Source: Octopus sinensis
Taxonomy: Eukaryota
Length of the DNA: 64,000 nt
Direction: 5' to 3'
NCBI RefSeq assembly: GCF_006345805.1
Contig: NC_043004.1
Location: forward strand, 40,610,001-40,674,000
Positions 63,154 through 64,000 of the stretch are shown here, in pieces. The first letter of the stretch is position 1, and each line of letters starts with the position of its first letter. The position numbers were made by a program, and so were the translations under genes. Under the pieces are notes generated by a model. The model was not told the origin of the DNA. It saw nothing but the letters and a program-made list of their open reading frames with translations, and made no database searches.

Positions 63154-64000
63154 GTCATCCCATAAATAATGCGGTTTTTTTCAATTACACGAACTAAAAG
63201 TCAGGTAGGGGATGGGATAAACTACCTGCATCAACTTGCTATAAAAGCAGGTCGTAATTTTACTTTGTACTTATTTTTAGTGAAAGTTTTGAAGAGTGCA
63301 GTTTGATTTGAGTAATTATTTTTTCAAAGCTATAATGGAAGTGACAAAGGAGCATATTTGGAATATTTTGCTTTGTGAGTTTAATAAAAGCAACAACAAA
63401 ACAGAAAGTACGAGGAATTTTAATGCAGTATATAGGGATTGGACAATAAGTGAAAACCAGTGTCAACAGTGGCTCCAGAAATTCCAAGCCGGAAACTACA
63501 GCCTAGAAGACAAGCCTCATCCTGGAAGATTGGTAGAGCTTGATGGGGACGTCCTGCCGACCCTGGAGGAATAAAATCCCATCATAACAGTTGAGGAACT
63601 AGCAGAGAAGCTTGGATTTTGGTCAGTCAACCATTCATCGACACCTGTATGCCATTGGAAAAGTCAGCAGATTGGGTTAATGAGTTTCTCATAAACTTTC
63701 TGAGTCTAATCACATGCATGGAGTGAATGTGTGCTCTTCTTTGCTGTCACATCTCACAAATAAACCTTTTTTGGACCAAATAGTGACTGGTGACAAGAAA
63801 TGGGTTCTCTATAAAAATGTCAAGCGCTGAAGACAGTGGGTAGGGAAAGAAAAAAATACTGGTACCCCATGCTAAAGAAGTTCTTCACCCACTTAAGGTT
63901 TTGTTATCTGTTTGGTGGGATACGAAAGGTTTAGTCCACTCTGAACTTTAAAACCCAAACCAAACAAGAACAAAGGAGATCTACTGTGAGCAGTTTGAGC
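63149..64000 (+). pseudogene. mariner transposase pseudogene with left end, runs off window
   Basis: Begins after (TA)n with TTGGGTCATCCC; MEVTKEHIWNILLCEF...SLEDKPHPGR...DQIVTGDKKWVLY; stops and frameshifts. Confidence 0.9.

Overview
AT-rich, microsatellite-dense animal genomic DNA; the SINE families and repeat landscape suggest an octopus/coleoid cephalopod (inference). No intact protein-coding gene is supportable: nearly all listed ORFs are translations of simple repeats or decayed transposons, so the window reads as intron or intergenic sequence. It holds many tRNA-derived SINEs (three families), RTE, CR1, Jockey/I-like and HERO-like non-LTR fragments, Penelope-like termini, mariner/Tc1/pogo/hAT/piggyBac-like DNA elements and MITEs, two non-autonomous Helitrons and three minisatellites (33, 31 and ~48 bp). 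The most interesting signal is RNA structure. Three loci (56971-57036 in a HERO-like 3' UTR; 54154-54223 and 10185-10262 in Penelope-like termini) carry hammerhead ribozyme core parts wired in a non-canonical, pseudoknotted strand order, with helices of different sequence that keep pairing. Other loci carry minimal hammerhead-like motifs, two with a compensatory G3-C8 core swap. A five-junction template-switch rearrangement with flip/flop hairpins lies at 57395-57850. All structures were derived by eye; nothing was computed or searched, and many boundaries are approximate.
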